Of a stretch of DNA of 64,000 nt, positions 50,940-60,011 are shown in pieces. This DNA comes from Sedimentisphaerales bacterium (GTDB taxonomy: Bacteria > Planctomycetota > Phycisphaerae > Sedimentisphaerales > Anaerobacaceae), in the NCBI GenBank assembly GCA_963708075.1, contig OY970194.1:5568001-5632000 (forward strand), read 5' to 3'. A program made the position numbers and the translations under genes. The notes below the pieces were generated by a model. It was not told the DNA's origin and made no database searches. It saw only the letters and a program-made list of their open reading frames with translations. Each line of letters starts with the position of its first letter. The stretch's first letter is position 1.

Positions 50940-51236
50940 TCAGCGGCGACCACGCCAATAGAAGGGACGCCTCTTGTGATGCGCCACTGCCAATATCCTG
51001 ATTTCATCTGGCCGGATCGAATAGACCAGCGAGTATGGGAACTTGGCGATAGACCTTTTTCTGACACGCCCTTGGACAAGCGGCGCCGCCTCCGGGAATT
51101 CAGAAATGCCCCGAATCGTGCGTTCGATCTCGCCGATGAATGCGGTGCCGAGACCCGAGCTCTGCATGTCGTAGAAATCCGCGGCCTCGTTGATCTCCAC
51201 CTCGGCGGCCTCATGGATGACGAGCAATCGACTCAT
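50940..51236 (-). CDS. RelE/ParE family toxin
   Basis: HEAAEVEINEAADFY..GLGTAF..FPYSLVY..IRILAVAHHKRRPFYW. Confidence 0.92.
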   Translation of the reverse strand: MSRLLVIHEAAEVEINEAADFYDMQSSGLGTAFIGEIERTIRGISEFPEAAPLVQGRVRKRSIAKFPYSLVYSIRPDEIRILAVAHHKRRPFYWRGRR

Positions 51237-51457
51237 TTCCGCCGGGCCCGCGAGCGGTCGAGCACTTCGTCTGCTGGATGGGCACGCGCTGCACCGCTAT
51301 CCAGTTCCTCATCGCGGCGAATGGCCTCGTCCAGCCATAGCTTCTCGATTTCAGCCTCGCTCAGGGTGTCCAGGCTGGCCAACAACTCGCGGGCGAGATA
51401 GGCACGCGTCTGGGGGTCCAGGCGAAGGGCCTCTGCCTTCAGTTCGTCAACGCTCAT
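51233..51457 (-). CDS. Addiction module antitoxin (TIGR02574-type)
   Basis: EALRL..RAYLARELLASLD..IEKLWLDEAIRR; ATGA overlap with the toxin. Confidence 0.9.
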   Translation of the reverse strand: MSVDELKAEALRLDPQTRAYLARELLASLDTLSEAEIEKLWLDEAIRRDEELDSGAARAHPADEVLDRSRARRK

Positions 51458-51676
51458 ATGTACGGCTCCAAATTGCGACCGTGATCTTTCCCTAGCTTAT
51501 GTCTTTGAGGATAGCACACCATGACGAGCAAAGCAACGGGCATGGCAGAAGACATGCAGAACCGGGTCCTTCAGTGGTGATTCCTTTTGATTTGACGGGG
51601 GGCGGGTGGCGGTTTAGACTCTGGGCGTGAGAAGGTCCGTTCGGATGGCTGATTTGGGTTTGTGAGGAGAAACGTC

Positions 51677-53011
51677 ATGGTCCGGCATGGGAATGTCACG
51701 CGTCGCGGTTTTCTCAGGGGGACAACCGGTCTTGCGTTGGGGGCGGTCGGGCTTCCGTATGTCGTTCGCTCCACGGCCCTGGGTGGGTCGGGGGCTATCG
51801 TGCCGAGCGAGCGGATCACCGTTGGCTGCGTCGGCACCGGTCCGCAGGGGACGTATGTGATGCAGAACTTCCTCGGGCAGGGGGACTGCCGGGTCGTGGC
51901 GATCTGCGATCTCAAGGCCCCGGTCCGCGAGGCCACCAAGAAGCTGGTGGATGGGCACTACAAGAACAACGATTGTGTCACTTATACGGACTTTCGCGAG
52001 TTGATCGCTCGCCCTGATATTGACGTGGTCACGGTCGCGACGTGCGACCATTGGCATGTCCTGGTGGCGCTGGAGGCGGCGCGGGCGGGCAAGGACCTCT
52101 ACGTCGAGAAGCCGATGGGCTTGAGCCTGGCCGAAGATCAGGCGTTGCGCCAGGCATGTCATCAGTACGGCACGCGGTTCCAGTTCGGCACCCAGCAGCG
52201 GTCGAGCCGAGACTTTCGATTCGCCTGCGAGCTGGTGCGGAACAAGCGGATCGGCGAGCTCAAGACGATCAACGTCTGGTCGCCCGGCAGCACAGGCGGC
52301 GGCCCGCGAAACGTGACGAAGCCGCCCGAATGGATCGACTACGACATGTGGCTGGGGCCCGCCCCGTATCACGCCTACACGCCAGGCCGGGAGTCCAACT
52401 CGTGGTGGTGGTTCATCTCGGACTACGCGCTCGGGTTCATCGCCGGCTGGGGCGTCCACCCGCTCGATATCGCCCTGTGGGGCCTTGGGGACAAGATTCC
52501 GCCATTGGAGATCGAGGGCAAGGGCCAGTGGCCCGACCCCAATGGCGTGGCCGATACGGCCCTCAACTGGGACGTCACCTGCAAGCTCGACAACGGGGTC
52601 ACGATGAACTTCACCGGCTGGCCCATGCGCGACGAATGGGTGAAGCGATACGGGCAGCTTGAATCACACGGTACGGCGTTCGAGGGCACCGACGGCTGGG
52701 TCGTCGTGGATCGCGCCCGCATTCAGGCCCAGCCGAAGGAGTTGCTCGATACCCAGTGGGGCCCGAACGATACCCGGCTGTACGAGAGCAATCACCACGC
52801 GAGAAACCTGCTCGACTGCGTCCGCAGCCGCAAGGACACGATCTGCCCGATTGACGTGGCGGTCCAGGCGGATACACTGTGCCAGATCAGCGACATCGCC
52901 ATTCGACAGGAACAGAAGCTGCGATGGGACCCGGCGAAGGAACGCTTCGTCAACAATGACGCTGCCAACCGCCGCCTGGTCCGCTCAATGCGAAGTCCCT
53001 GGCGGTTGTGA
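51677..53011 (+). CDS. Tat-exported Gfo/Idh/MocA family oxidoreductase
   Basis: TRRGFL Tat motif; VGTGPQG; DHWH; YVEKP; QFGTQQRS; WGVHPLD. Confidence 0.93.
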   Translation: MVRHGNVTRRGFLRGTTGLALGAVGLPYVVRSTALGGSGAIVPSERITVGCVGTGPQGTYVMQNFLGQGDCRVVAICDLKAPVREATKKLVDGHYKNNDCVTYTDFRELIARPDIDVVTVATCDHWHVLVALEAARAGKDLYVEKPMGLSLAEDQALRQACHQYGTRFQFGTQQRSSRDFRFACELVRNKRIGELKTINVWSPGSTGGGPRNVTKPPEWIDYDMWLGPAPYHAYTPGRESNSWWWFISDYALGFIAGWGVHPLDIALWGLGDKIPPLEIEGKGQWPDPNGVADTALNWDVTCKLDNGVTMNFTGWPMRDEWVKRYGQLESHGTAFEGTDGWVVVDRARIQAQPKELLDTQWGPNDTRLYESNHHARNLLDCVRSRKDTICPIDVAVQADTLCQISDIAIRQEQKLRWDPAKERFVNNDAANRRLVRSMRSPWRL

Positions 53012-53133
53012 GGATATGTGATTCTGGGCGGCCCTGCACCATCGGCAAGCTGCGCTTGCCGCTGCCACCCGGTTCGTAGGGTGTGCTATGCACACCAGTT
53101 GCTCATCAATGGAGTGATTAAGGAGAAAAGAAG

Positions 53134-53784
53134 ATGGCAAGGTACGGGGTTCTACTGCTGGTGTGTGCCTGCGTTCTGATGGCAGGCTGTCAAACGTGCC
53201 CGATATGCAGCAAGATGACAGGCTGGAAGCCGCTGTTCGACGGCAAATCGCTCGATGGCTGGCGGGCCAGCGAGAACAAGGACACGTTCACCGTCAAAGA
53301 CGGCGAGATCATCGCGCACGGCCCGCGAAGTCACCTGTTCTATGTCGGCCCGGTCAACAATGCCAATTTCCAGAATTTCGAGATCAAGGCGGACGTCAAG
53401 ACCACGATCGGCTCCAACTCCGGCATCTACTTCCATACGGAGTACCAGGAAACGGACTGGCCAGCCAAGGGCTTTGAGGTCCAGGTCAACAACACGCACA
53501 CCGATGCGAAGAAGACCGGCGGCCTGTACAACGTGAAGGACTCGAATCACCAGTCGCGGGCCTTTGACTACGAGTGGTTCACCGAGCATATCATCGTTCG
53601 GGACAAGCATGTCACGATCAAGGTGAACGGGCACACCGTCGTGGAGTGGACGGAGCCGGAGGGCTGGCAGGGGCCGCAAGGCAACCCCGGCCGCAAGATA
53701 TCCAATGGAACCTTCGCTCTCCAGGGACATGACCCCGACAGCATCGTCCATTTCAAGAACATCATGGTCAAGCCGCTGCCCTGA
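53134..53784 (+). CDS. DUF1080 (3-keto-disaccharide hydrolase) lipoprotein
   Basis: LMAGC lipobox; WKPLFDGKSLDGW; NSGIYF; FEVQV; ALQGHD. Confidence 0.92.
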   Translation: MARYGVLLLVCACVLMAGCQTCPICSKMTGWKPLFDGKSLDGWRASENKDTFTVKDGEIIAHGPRSHLFYVGPVNNANFQNFEIKADVKTTIGSNSGIYFHTEYQETDWPAKGFEVQVNNTHTDAKKTGGLYNVKDSNHQSRAFDYEWFTEHIIVRDKHVTIKVNGHTVVEWTEPEGWQGPQGNPGRKISNGTFALQGHDPDSIVHFKNIMVKPLP

Positions 53785-53814
53785 GCGGGAGTAATGTAGT
53801 CAGTATGCTCGGAG

Positions 53815-54606
53815 ATGCATCAAATGAAGAAGTGGATACAGGTAGTAGTGTGGTTGGTAGTGCTGCTGTTCGTCGTGGGGCTCCTCAGTTCCTGTCATAG
53901 TTCTACTCAGGGCTGCTCAGGCTGCTGTCAGATGGCGGACAAGACCCGGGTCGTCGTCGTTACAGGCGGGCACGACTTCGATCATGACCCGTTCTTCGCC
54001 ATGCTGAGGCAGTGCCCGAGGCTCGAAGTCACTGAGGCCGCCCAGAAGGACCACAGCGAGCTGTTCGAGGACATCAGCAACTGGAACTACGACGTGATCG
54101 TCCTGTACAACATGACGCAGAATATCTCCCCGAAGCGCCAGGCGAATTTCGTCACGCTGCTCAAAGACAAAGGCGTGGGACTGGTCGCCATGCACCATGC
54201 GGTGGGCGCGTTCCAGGAGTGGGACCAGTATCGCAAGATCATTGGCGCGAAGTACCCGCTCAAACCGCAGGACATCGATGGCGTCCATTTCGAGACAGCG
54301 ACCTATCAGCACGACGTGGACCTCAGCGCAAAGGTGATCGACTCCAAGCAGGCGATCACACGCGGCGCGAAGGATTTCGAGATTCACGATGAGGGCTACA
54401 AGGGTTGCTGGTTCGCCAAGGACAACCACGTCCTGCTGACGGTGGACCATCCGGCCAGCGATAAGACTGTGGCCTGGACCCGGACATTCGGCAAGGCCCG
54501 CGTGTTCGGCATTATGCTCGGACATGATGCCAAGGCCTACGCCAATCCGAACCTGGGCCAGCTCATGATGCGAGGCATCTGCTGGTCCGCAGGCGAGCTC
54601 AAGTAG
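53815..54606 (+). CDS. ThuA-domain lipoprotein
   Basis: VVVVTGGHDF, GVGLVAMHHA, FEIHDEGY, AWTRTFGKARVF..LGHD. Confidence 0.9.
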   Translation: MHQMKKWIQVVVWLVVLLFVVGLLSSCHSSTQGCSGCCQMADKTRVVVVTGGHDFDHDPFFAMLRQCPRLEVTEAAQKDHSELFEDISNWNYDVIVLYNMTQNISPKRQANFVTLLKDKGVGLVAMHHAVGAFQEWDQYRKIIGAKYPLKPQDIDGVHFETATYQHDVDLSAKVIDSKQAITRGAKDFEIHDEGYKGCWFAKDNHVLLTVDHPASDKTVAWTRTFGKARVFGIMLGHDAKAYANPNLGQLMMRGICWSAGELK

Positions 54607-54644
54607 GACTCGGTCCGTTGTCATCCCGACAATAAAGGGTGAGC

Positions 54645-54722
54645 GGGTGCCATGTCTACGCTTGCGTAGACATGTTGAATCGGTACAGAGAACATGCTTA
54701 TGCTTGCATAAGCATGGTACCC
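54645..54722. repeat. Double-hairpin palindromic element
   Basis: CATGTCTACGC-TT-GCGTAGACATG and CATGCTTATGC-TT-GCATAAGCATG, bounded by GGGTGC/GTACCC. Confidence 0.85.
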
Positions 54723-54867
54723 AGACTGATGGCTTGGTTTCTTTCAGGCATTGACCGCCGCCCCGAAGATTCTTGCTTTCGGGCGGCGGATTCCTTATAG
54801 TGATGGGCTGGCATGGCCCTCGGGCGTGACTGAGGGCGACGTGGTTATCGAGAAAAGGAGGACGAGC

Positions 54868-55854
54868 ATGTCATCAGGTCTGAATCGTCGTGCGTTTCTG
54901 AGAGACTCCATCCTCGCATCAGCCGGCGGGGCCGTGGGCCTGGGCGCCGCTTCGGCTCGCGGGGCTGAAGGCAAGCTGCCCGCGATCAAGGTCGAGCCGA
55001 ACTCGAAGGCCACGATGCCGGTGGGCAAGATCGGCAAGATGCAGGTCAGCCGCATGTTGCTGGGCGGCAACCTCCTGACCCACTACACCCACAGCCGCGA
55101 CCTCAAATACGTCTACAACCTCTGTGCGCACTACAACACAGAGGACAAGATCCATGAGACAATGGCCATCGCCGAGGCCCACGGCATCAATACGCTCTCC
55201 ATCCACAACCCGCCGGGGATCGTGCCGATGCTCAAGCGGTACCGCCAGCGCTACGGCGGCAAGATCCAGTGGATCATCTGCCCCATCGCCGAGATTACTC
55301 CCGACATGAAGGCCTACGCCGAGATGACCAAGGAGCTCGTCGATGACGGCTGCGAGGCCATCTACCTGTGGGGCGTTCGCTCCGATCCCCTCTGCGCCCA
55401 GGGCAAGATGGACCTGGTCCGCAAGGCGGTCGAGATTGCCAAGGATCTCGGCGTCCCCTCGGGCGTGGGTGCTCACGACCTGAACGTGATCGTCCAGTGC
55501 GAGAAGAACAACATCCCGGCCGACTTCTACATCAAGACGTTCCACCACCACAGATACCCCAGCGCCCCGAAGCCGAACGAGTTGAAGAACGCCTACAACG
55601 AGGTTCCCGGCTACTGGTGCAAGGACCCGCAGGGGACGATCGAGGTCATGAAGAACGTCAAGAAGCCCTGGATCTCCTTCAAGGTGATGGCCGCCGGCGC
55701 GATTCCGCCGAAGGACGCCTTCCGCTACGTCTTCGAGAACGGCGCCGACCACACGCTCGCCGGCATGTTCGACTTCGAGATCGCCGAGGACGTCCAGATC
55801 CTCAACGGCATCCTGCCCGATCTCAAGAACCGGGCGCGACCGTGGTGTAGTTGA
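54868..55854 (+). CDS. Tat-exported aldo/keto-reductase-like protein
   Basis: NRRAFL; MPVGKIGKMQVSRMLLGGN; KPWISFKVMAAGAI; SD AAGGAGG. Confidence 0.8.
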   Translation: MSSGLNRRAFLRDSILASAGGAVGLGAASARGAEGKLPAIKVEPNSKATMPVGKIGKMQVSRMLLGGNLLTHYTHSRDLKYVYNLCAHYNTEDKIHETMAIAEAHGINTLSIHNPPGIVPMLKRYRQRYGGKIQWIICPIAEITPDMKAYAEMTKELVDDGCEAIYLWGVRSDPLCAQGKMDLVRKAVEIAKDLGVPSGVGAHDLNVIVQCEKNNIPADFYIKTFHHHRYPSAPKPNELKNAYNEVPGYWCKDPQGTIEVMKNVKKPWISFKVMAAGAIPPKDAFRYVFENGADHTLAGMFDFEIAEDVQILNGILPDLKNRARPWCS

Positions 55855-55876
55855 TCTGGGAGACAGGACAACGGTC

Positions 55877-57418
55877 GTGGGCATCATCAATATCCGAAGG
55901 CAAGTGACAGCGAACATCCTTTGGGTGGGCCTTGTGGTCTGTCTGACGTTCGGTGTTCTGTACGGCGCCTCGGATGCCGTTGCCCCGGCGGGGCCGCGGG
56001 CGGAGCCGGCGCTTCGCCACTCGGATGTGGTCTTCATGAATGCGGCCTCGGATGAGGCGTATCGGGCTTATGGCGCCACGTTCGTCGCCTGGGGTGGAGC
56101 CGACACGGCCGAGCAAGTCAAACGCCATCACGACATGGGCATTCGCTGCACGGGCTCGATGTGGTGCCTGACGGCGGGGGCGGAGAACATCCACAAAGAT
56201 CCGAAACTGCGAGCCGCCTGTGCGGTGGACATCGAGGGCAATCCCGTTGAAGTGCCCTGGCTGTTCGACCACACGTATCAGGGGACCAAGACCTACTTTG
56301 GCTGCACGAACCATCCTGAGTTTCAGAAGCTCTGCCGCGAGCGGGTCCGCCAGGCCATGGCCGGCAGGGCGGATGGCCTGCACGTGGACGACCACCTGGG
56401 GACAGCGGGCGCGGCCTGGTGGCAAGGCGGCGGCTTCTGCGACTACTGCATGAGCGGCTTTCGGGAGTATCTGAAGAAGCACGCCACGAAGGAGCAGTTG
56501 CAGCAGGCCGGCATCGAGCGGATCGACGACTTCGACTATCGTACCCTGGTTCGCAAATACGCGACAACGCGCCAGCAATACAAGAAGGTGCAACATCAAA
56601 TCCCCCTGATGGATCTGTTCCTGGTATTTCAGGCGGAGGCGGCCGCCGAGCACACGCGGCAGTTGGGGCAATTGGCCCAGGAGGTGGCCGGCCATCCGAT
56701 GTTGCTCAGCGCCAACGCCGGCCTGCCCAACAAGGCGCACACGTACGTTGTGAAGTATCTCACGCACGTTGTATGCGAAGTGGGCCAGAACGCTTCAGCA
56801 GGGACACGCCAGATCGATCATGCCATTGAGGCGTATAAGCTGGCGGCAACACTCGGCAAGCCGCTGGCGGCCACGGCATCGGGACAGGACTGGGCCTTCG
56901 TAAAGCAGAACAACTGCGAAGAGCTGGTCCGCTTCTGGATTGCTCTGGCCTATGCGCACGGGCAGCGGTTCATGACGCCGCATCCTCAACGGCAATGGTG
57001 TTTCGATGACAAGCTGGGAACCCACTGGTACGCTGCACCCATCGAGGCATACGCGCCGCTGTATCGTTTCATCCGCGAAAATGCCGGCTGGTTCGACGGC
57101 TTTGAAGCTATCGAATCGAAGGACCGTATGCCCGCCGTGCCGGCGAACGTGCTCGTGACCGTTCGCAAAAACAGCGGGGCAAACCAGGTCGTCCTGCACC
57201 TGCTCAATCGCGACTACGATCCTGCGGCCAAGAGCACCAAGGCGATCTCGAATGTGGACGTATCGCTGGATAAGGCCTTGATCTCACCGACGAAGCCCTA
57301 CGCCAGGCTCCTCTCGTACGGCGCACCCCCGCAGCAGGTCGATCTGGTGCAGGAGGCGGACGCTCTCAGACTGCGGCTGCCCGAATTGCGGTTGTGGACA
57401 TTGGCCATACTGGAATAA
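55877..57418 (+). CDS. Secreted hypothetical protein, glycoside-hydrolase-like
   Basis: Signal-like N-terminus; ADGLHVDD, GGFCDYCMSGFREYL; C-terminal beta domain VLHLLNRDY. Confidence 0.7.
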   Translation: MGIINIRRQVTANILWVGLVVCLTFGVLYGASDAVAPAGPRAEPALRHSDVVFMNAASDEAYRAYGATFVAWGGADTAEQVKRHHDMGIRCTGSMWCLTAGAENIHKDPKLRAACAVDIEGNPVEVPWLFDHTYQGTKTYFGCTNHPEFQKLCRERVRQAMAGRADGLHVDDHLGTAGAAWWQGGGFCDYCMSGFREYLKKHATKEQLQQAGIERIDDFDYRTLVRKYATTRQQYKKVQHQIPLMDLFLVFQAEAAAEHTRQLGQLAQEVAGHPMLLSANAGLPNKAHTYVVKYLTHVVCEVGQNASAGTRQIDHAIEAYKLAATLGKPLAATASGQDWAFVKQNNCEELVRFWIALAYAHGQRFMTPHPQRQWCFDDKLGTHWYAAPIEAYAPLYRFIRENAGWFDGFEAIESKDRMPAVPANVLVTVRKNSGANQVVLHLLNRDYDPAAKSTKAISNVDVSLDKALISPTKPYARLLSYGAPPQQVDLVQEADALRLRLPELRLWTLAILE

Positions 57419-57501
57419 GCTCGCTGACTGCTATCGCACCATGTGAAACTCATTCAGTACCATTGACATTCCAACGACGGCTCGGTACGCTGCCCACCTC
57501 T

Positions 57502-57849
57502 ATGTGGATCAAATCACCAATCCTGGTTATTGTGGCGACACAGTTGCTCTTTACGACGGGCGACCTGATCGCGCGGGCGAATATGCGGCATAGCCCGTTC
57601 GCGCTTTCCACGTTCCTGAAGTGGTGGTTCCTCGTGTATTTCCTGATCCGGCAGGTGGCGATGTTCGGGCAACTCTATGTGTTCTCCGCCCTGCAACTCG
57701 GCAAGACGATGGCCCTATTTGGAGCCACTTCCATCGTGGTCGTCAACGTCCTGGGCATCCTGCTGCTGGGCGAAGTCCTCTCCACTCAAGCCTATCTCGC
57801 TATCGCCCTGGTCGTATTCGCGTTTATCCTGTTGTCGATGAGCCCGTAG
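57502..57849 (+). CDS. Small membrane protein (DMT/SMR-like)
   Basis: About four hydrophobic segments; LGILLLGEVLS..QAYLAIAL. Confidence 0.65.
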   Translation: MWIKSPILVIVATQLLFTTGDLIARANMRHSPFALSTFLKWWFLVYFLIRQVAMFGQLYVFSALQLGKTMALFGATSIVVVNVLGILLLGEVLSTQAYLAIALVVFAFILLSMSP

Positions 57850-57918
57850 CAGGGACAGGTGCCGACCGGGTGGCAGCGGCAAGCGGGCAGCTTGCCGATG
57901 GCCCTTTGTTGCGCGGTA

Positions 57919-59331
57919 CTAATTCTTCATTGCTCCCTTTGGGACATCCTCTCGCACGACGACCGGCACAGCAGATTCAGGTCCCGCGGGCTGACGCTGG
58001 ACATCGCGGATGACGGCGTTGCCGGCACCGTACACCGACAGGGTAGACCGCGGGTACTTGCTGAAGACCTCATCGGGAATGAAGACCCGCAGGCCGTCGA
58101 TGGTCAGCCCATCGATATTGGCGAGCGTGACGTAGGAGGCTTTGCGGGCGTAAACTGTCTCGCGGCGGTCCTCCGTGTCGTACACTTTCCCGCCGACGTG
58201 CTTCTTTCTCGCGGCGTAATCGAACGGCCGATCCACTCGCATTGTGACGTTTCGCATGGAAAAATTTTCGATTCGGCCGGCGCTCATGCCCTGCACGAGG
58301 ACACCGTTGTCGCTGACAATCGTGATGTCCGAGAAGTTCAGATCGCGGATTTTGCCGACCGGCGACTCGGGGCGGCGCTTCTCGATATCGACGAAGATCG
58401 GATAGATTGAGTTCTGGAGCGAGTCACTGGCGAGCTCCGGCTTGCGGATCGTCTCGACCGTGCAGTTGGAGAAGCTGATGCGCTCGGCCGTACCGCCATC
58501 TTTGATGTACAGGCCTATCCCAACTGTCGAATTGCGGATCACGCAATTACTCACGAGGATATTGCGAAAGTCGCTGGGCGACTCGGTCCCGATCTTGACC
58601 GCCGTGGCAATCGTCTCCAGCACGCAATTCGTTACGGTGATGTCCTCGCAGGGCGCGCCCTCCCGCGTCTTGCACACGATGCAGTCGTCGCCGGCGACGA
58701 TGTGGCAGTTGGAGATCCGCACGCTTTTGCACGAGACCGGGTCGATCCCGTCGGCGTTGACCCGGTAGTAATTGTTCAGAATACTCACGCCGTCGATGAC
58801 AACGTTCTCGCAGCGTTCCAGGTCGAACGTCCAACTGTCGCTGAATCGCACGGTGACATCGCGGATCGTGACGTCTCTGCACCGCACAAGCTCCAGGATG
58901 CCCACGCGAAATTCCGGCCGCTGCTCGGGCTTGTCTGTCTTCTTACGCGCCAGGTCCGCCTCGCCCGTGCCGTGAATGGTCCCTCGCCCCTCAATTGTGA
59001 CATTGCCTTGGCCTTCGGCAAACAGGAACCGATTGCCTTTGCTGTAGTCCTCCTTTTTCGGGCTGACCCAGAGGGTGGCGCCTGCCTCGATGTGCAGCGT
59101 GACATTGCTCTTGAGAGCCAACTGTCCGCAGAGATAATTGCCGGCGGGCACGAAGACGGTCCCGCCTCCCGCCGCCGCACACTGATCGATAGCCGCCTGA
59201 ATCGCCGGCCCGGAATTGGTCTGCTTGTCCCCCTTGGCGCCAAGCTCCGTTACATCCCATACTTTGGCGCTGCACGGAAGGACTGCGAACAGGAATATGG
59301 ATAGACTTGTCAGGGTTCTTCTTGCAGCCAT
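57919..59331 (-). CDS. Glycoside hydrolase family 28-like beta-helix protein
   Basis: DVTELGAKGD, AIQAAID, GGGTVFVPAGNY, NADGID, GDDCIVCK, KIGTES. Confidence 0.9.
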   Translation of the reverse strand: MAARRTLTSLSIFLFAVLPCSAKVWDVTELGAKGDKQTNSGPAIQAAIDQCAAAGGGTVFVPAGNYLCGQLALKSNVTLHIEAGATLWVSPKKEDYSKGNRFLFAEGQGNVTIEGRGTIHGTGEADLARKKTDKPEQRPEFRVGILELVRCRDVTIRDVTVRFSDSWTFDLERCENVVIDGVSILNNYYRVNADGIDPVSCKSVRISNCHIVAGDDCIVCKTREGAPCEDITVTNCVLETIATAVKIGTESPSDFRNILVSNCVIRNSTVGIGLYIKDGGTAERISFSNCTVETIRKPELASDSLQNSIYPIFVDIEKRRPESPVGKIRDLNFSDITIVSDNGVLVQGMSAGRIENFSMRNVTMRVDRPFDYAARKKHVGGKVYDTEDRRETVYARKASYVTLANIDGLTIDGLRVFIPDEVFSKYPRSTLSVYGAGNAVIRDVQRQPAGPESAVPVVVREDVPKGAMKN

Positions 59332-59612
59332 GCCTGTGATCCTCCTTTGCCTGCTGTCGCACGCGGCTATTCACCCCAGATCGGGATTCATCCGTTGCCG
59401 GGCGGATCATGACGTTATCGATTACGCGCCATCGTAACCGATTCGGCGTACGCGTCAACTATCCAACCGGCAGGTCCATGCCTGTGCGGATTTCAGGGTA
59501 CTGTGCTATGTGGCATCGACAAACTGGGCTTGCCGATGCCACCCGACTACCGGATCATTTTCACAGACACGCAGGTCCCCATCGGTTTATCACCGACAGG
59601 GCTGCGGCTCGC

Positions 59613-59939
59613 TCACTGGATCGTGACGGCGGTGCCGCTGACGCTGACCATGAGCATTGCGCCCTGCCCGCCTACCGTTTCGATGTCCAGGTCGATTCCC
59701 ACGACGGCATTGGCGCCGAGGTCCACGGCCTCCTGCTGCATCTCCTCGAAGGCGATCTCGCGGGCCTTTCGGAACGCGTTCTCGTATGCCCCTGAACGTC
59801 CGCCCACGATGTCGCGGACGCTTGCCATGATATCCCTGAAAATATTGGCGCCGAGAATGGCCTCGCCGATCACCACGCCGTGGTACTGCGTGATCTTCCT
59901 GCCCTCGATACTGGGAGTTGTGGATAGAATCATCGTCAT
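59613..59939 (-). CDS. YbjQ/UPF0145 family protein
   Basis: [40 protein letters not shown]. Confidence 0.93.
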   Translation of the reverse strand: MTMILSTTPSIEGRKITQYHGVVIGEAILGANIFRDIMASVRDIVGGRSGAYENAFRKAREIAFEEMQQEAVDLGANAVVGIDLDIETVGGQGAMLMVSVSGTAVTIQ

Positions 59940-60011
59940 GTCTCCTTATCGATACCTTCTTCCTGATAGACGCATGAGAGGGCCTTTTACTCACGAATCC
60001 GGAATCCGGGC

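Noticed and set aside
48726..51457. Integron cassette array
   Set aside because: Genes overlap or are 11 bp apart, leaving no room for attC sites; no integrase is present.
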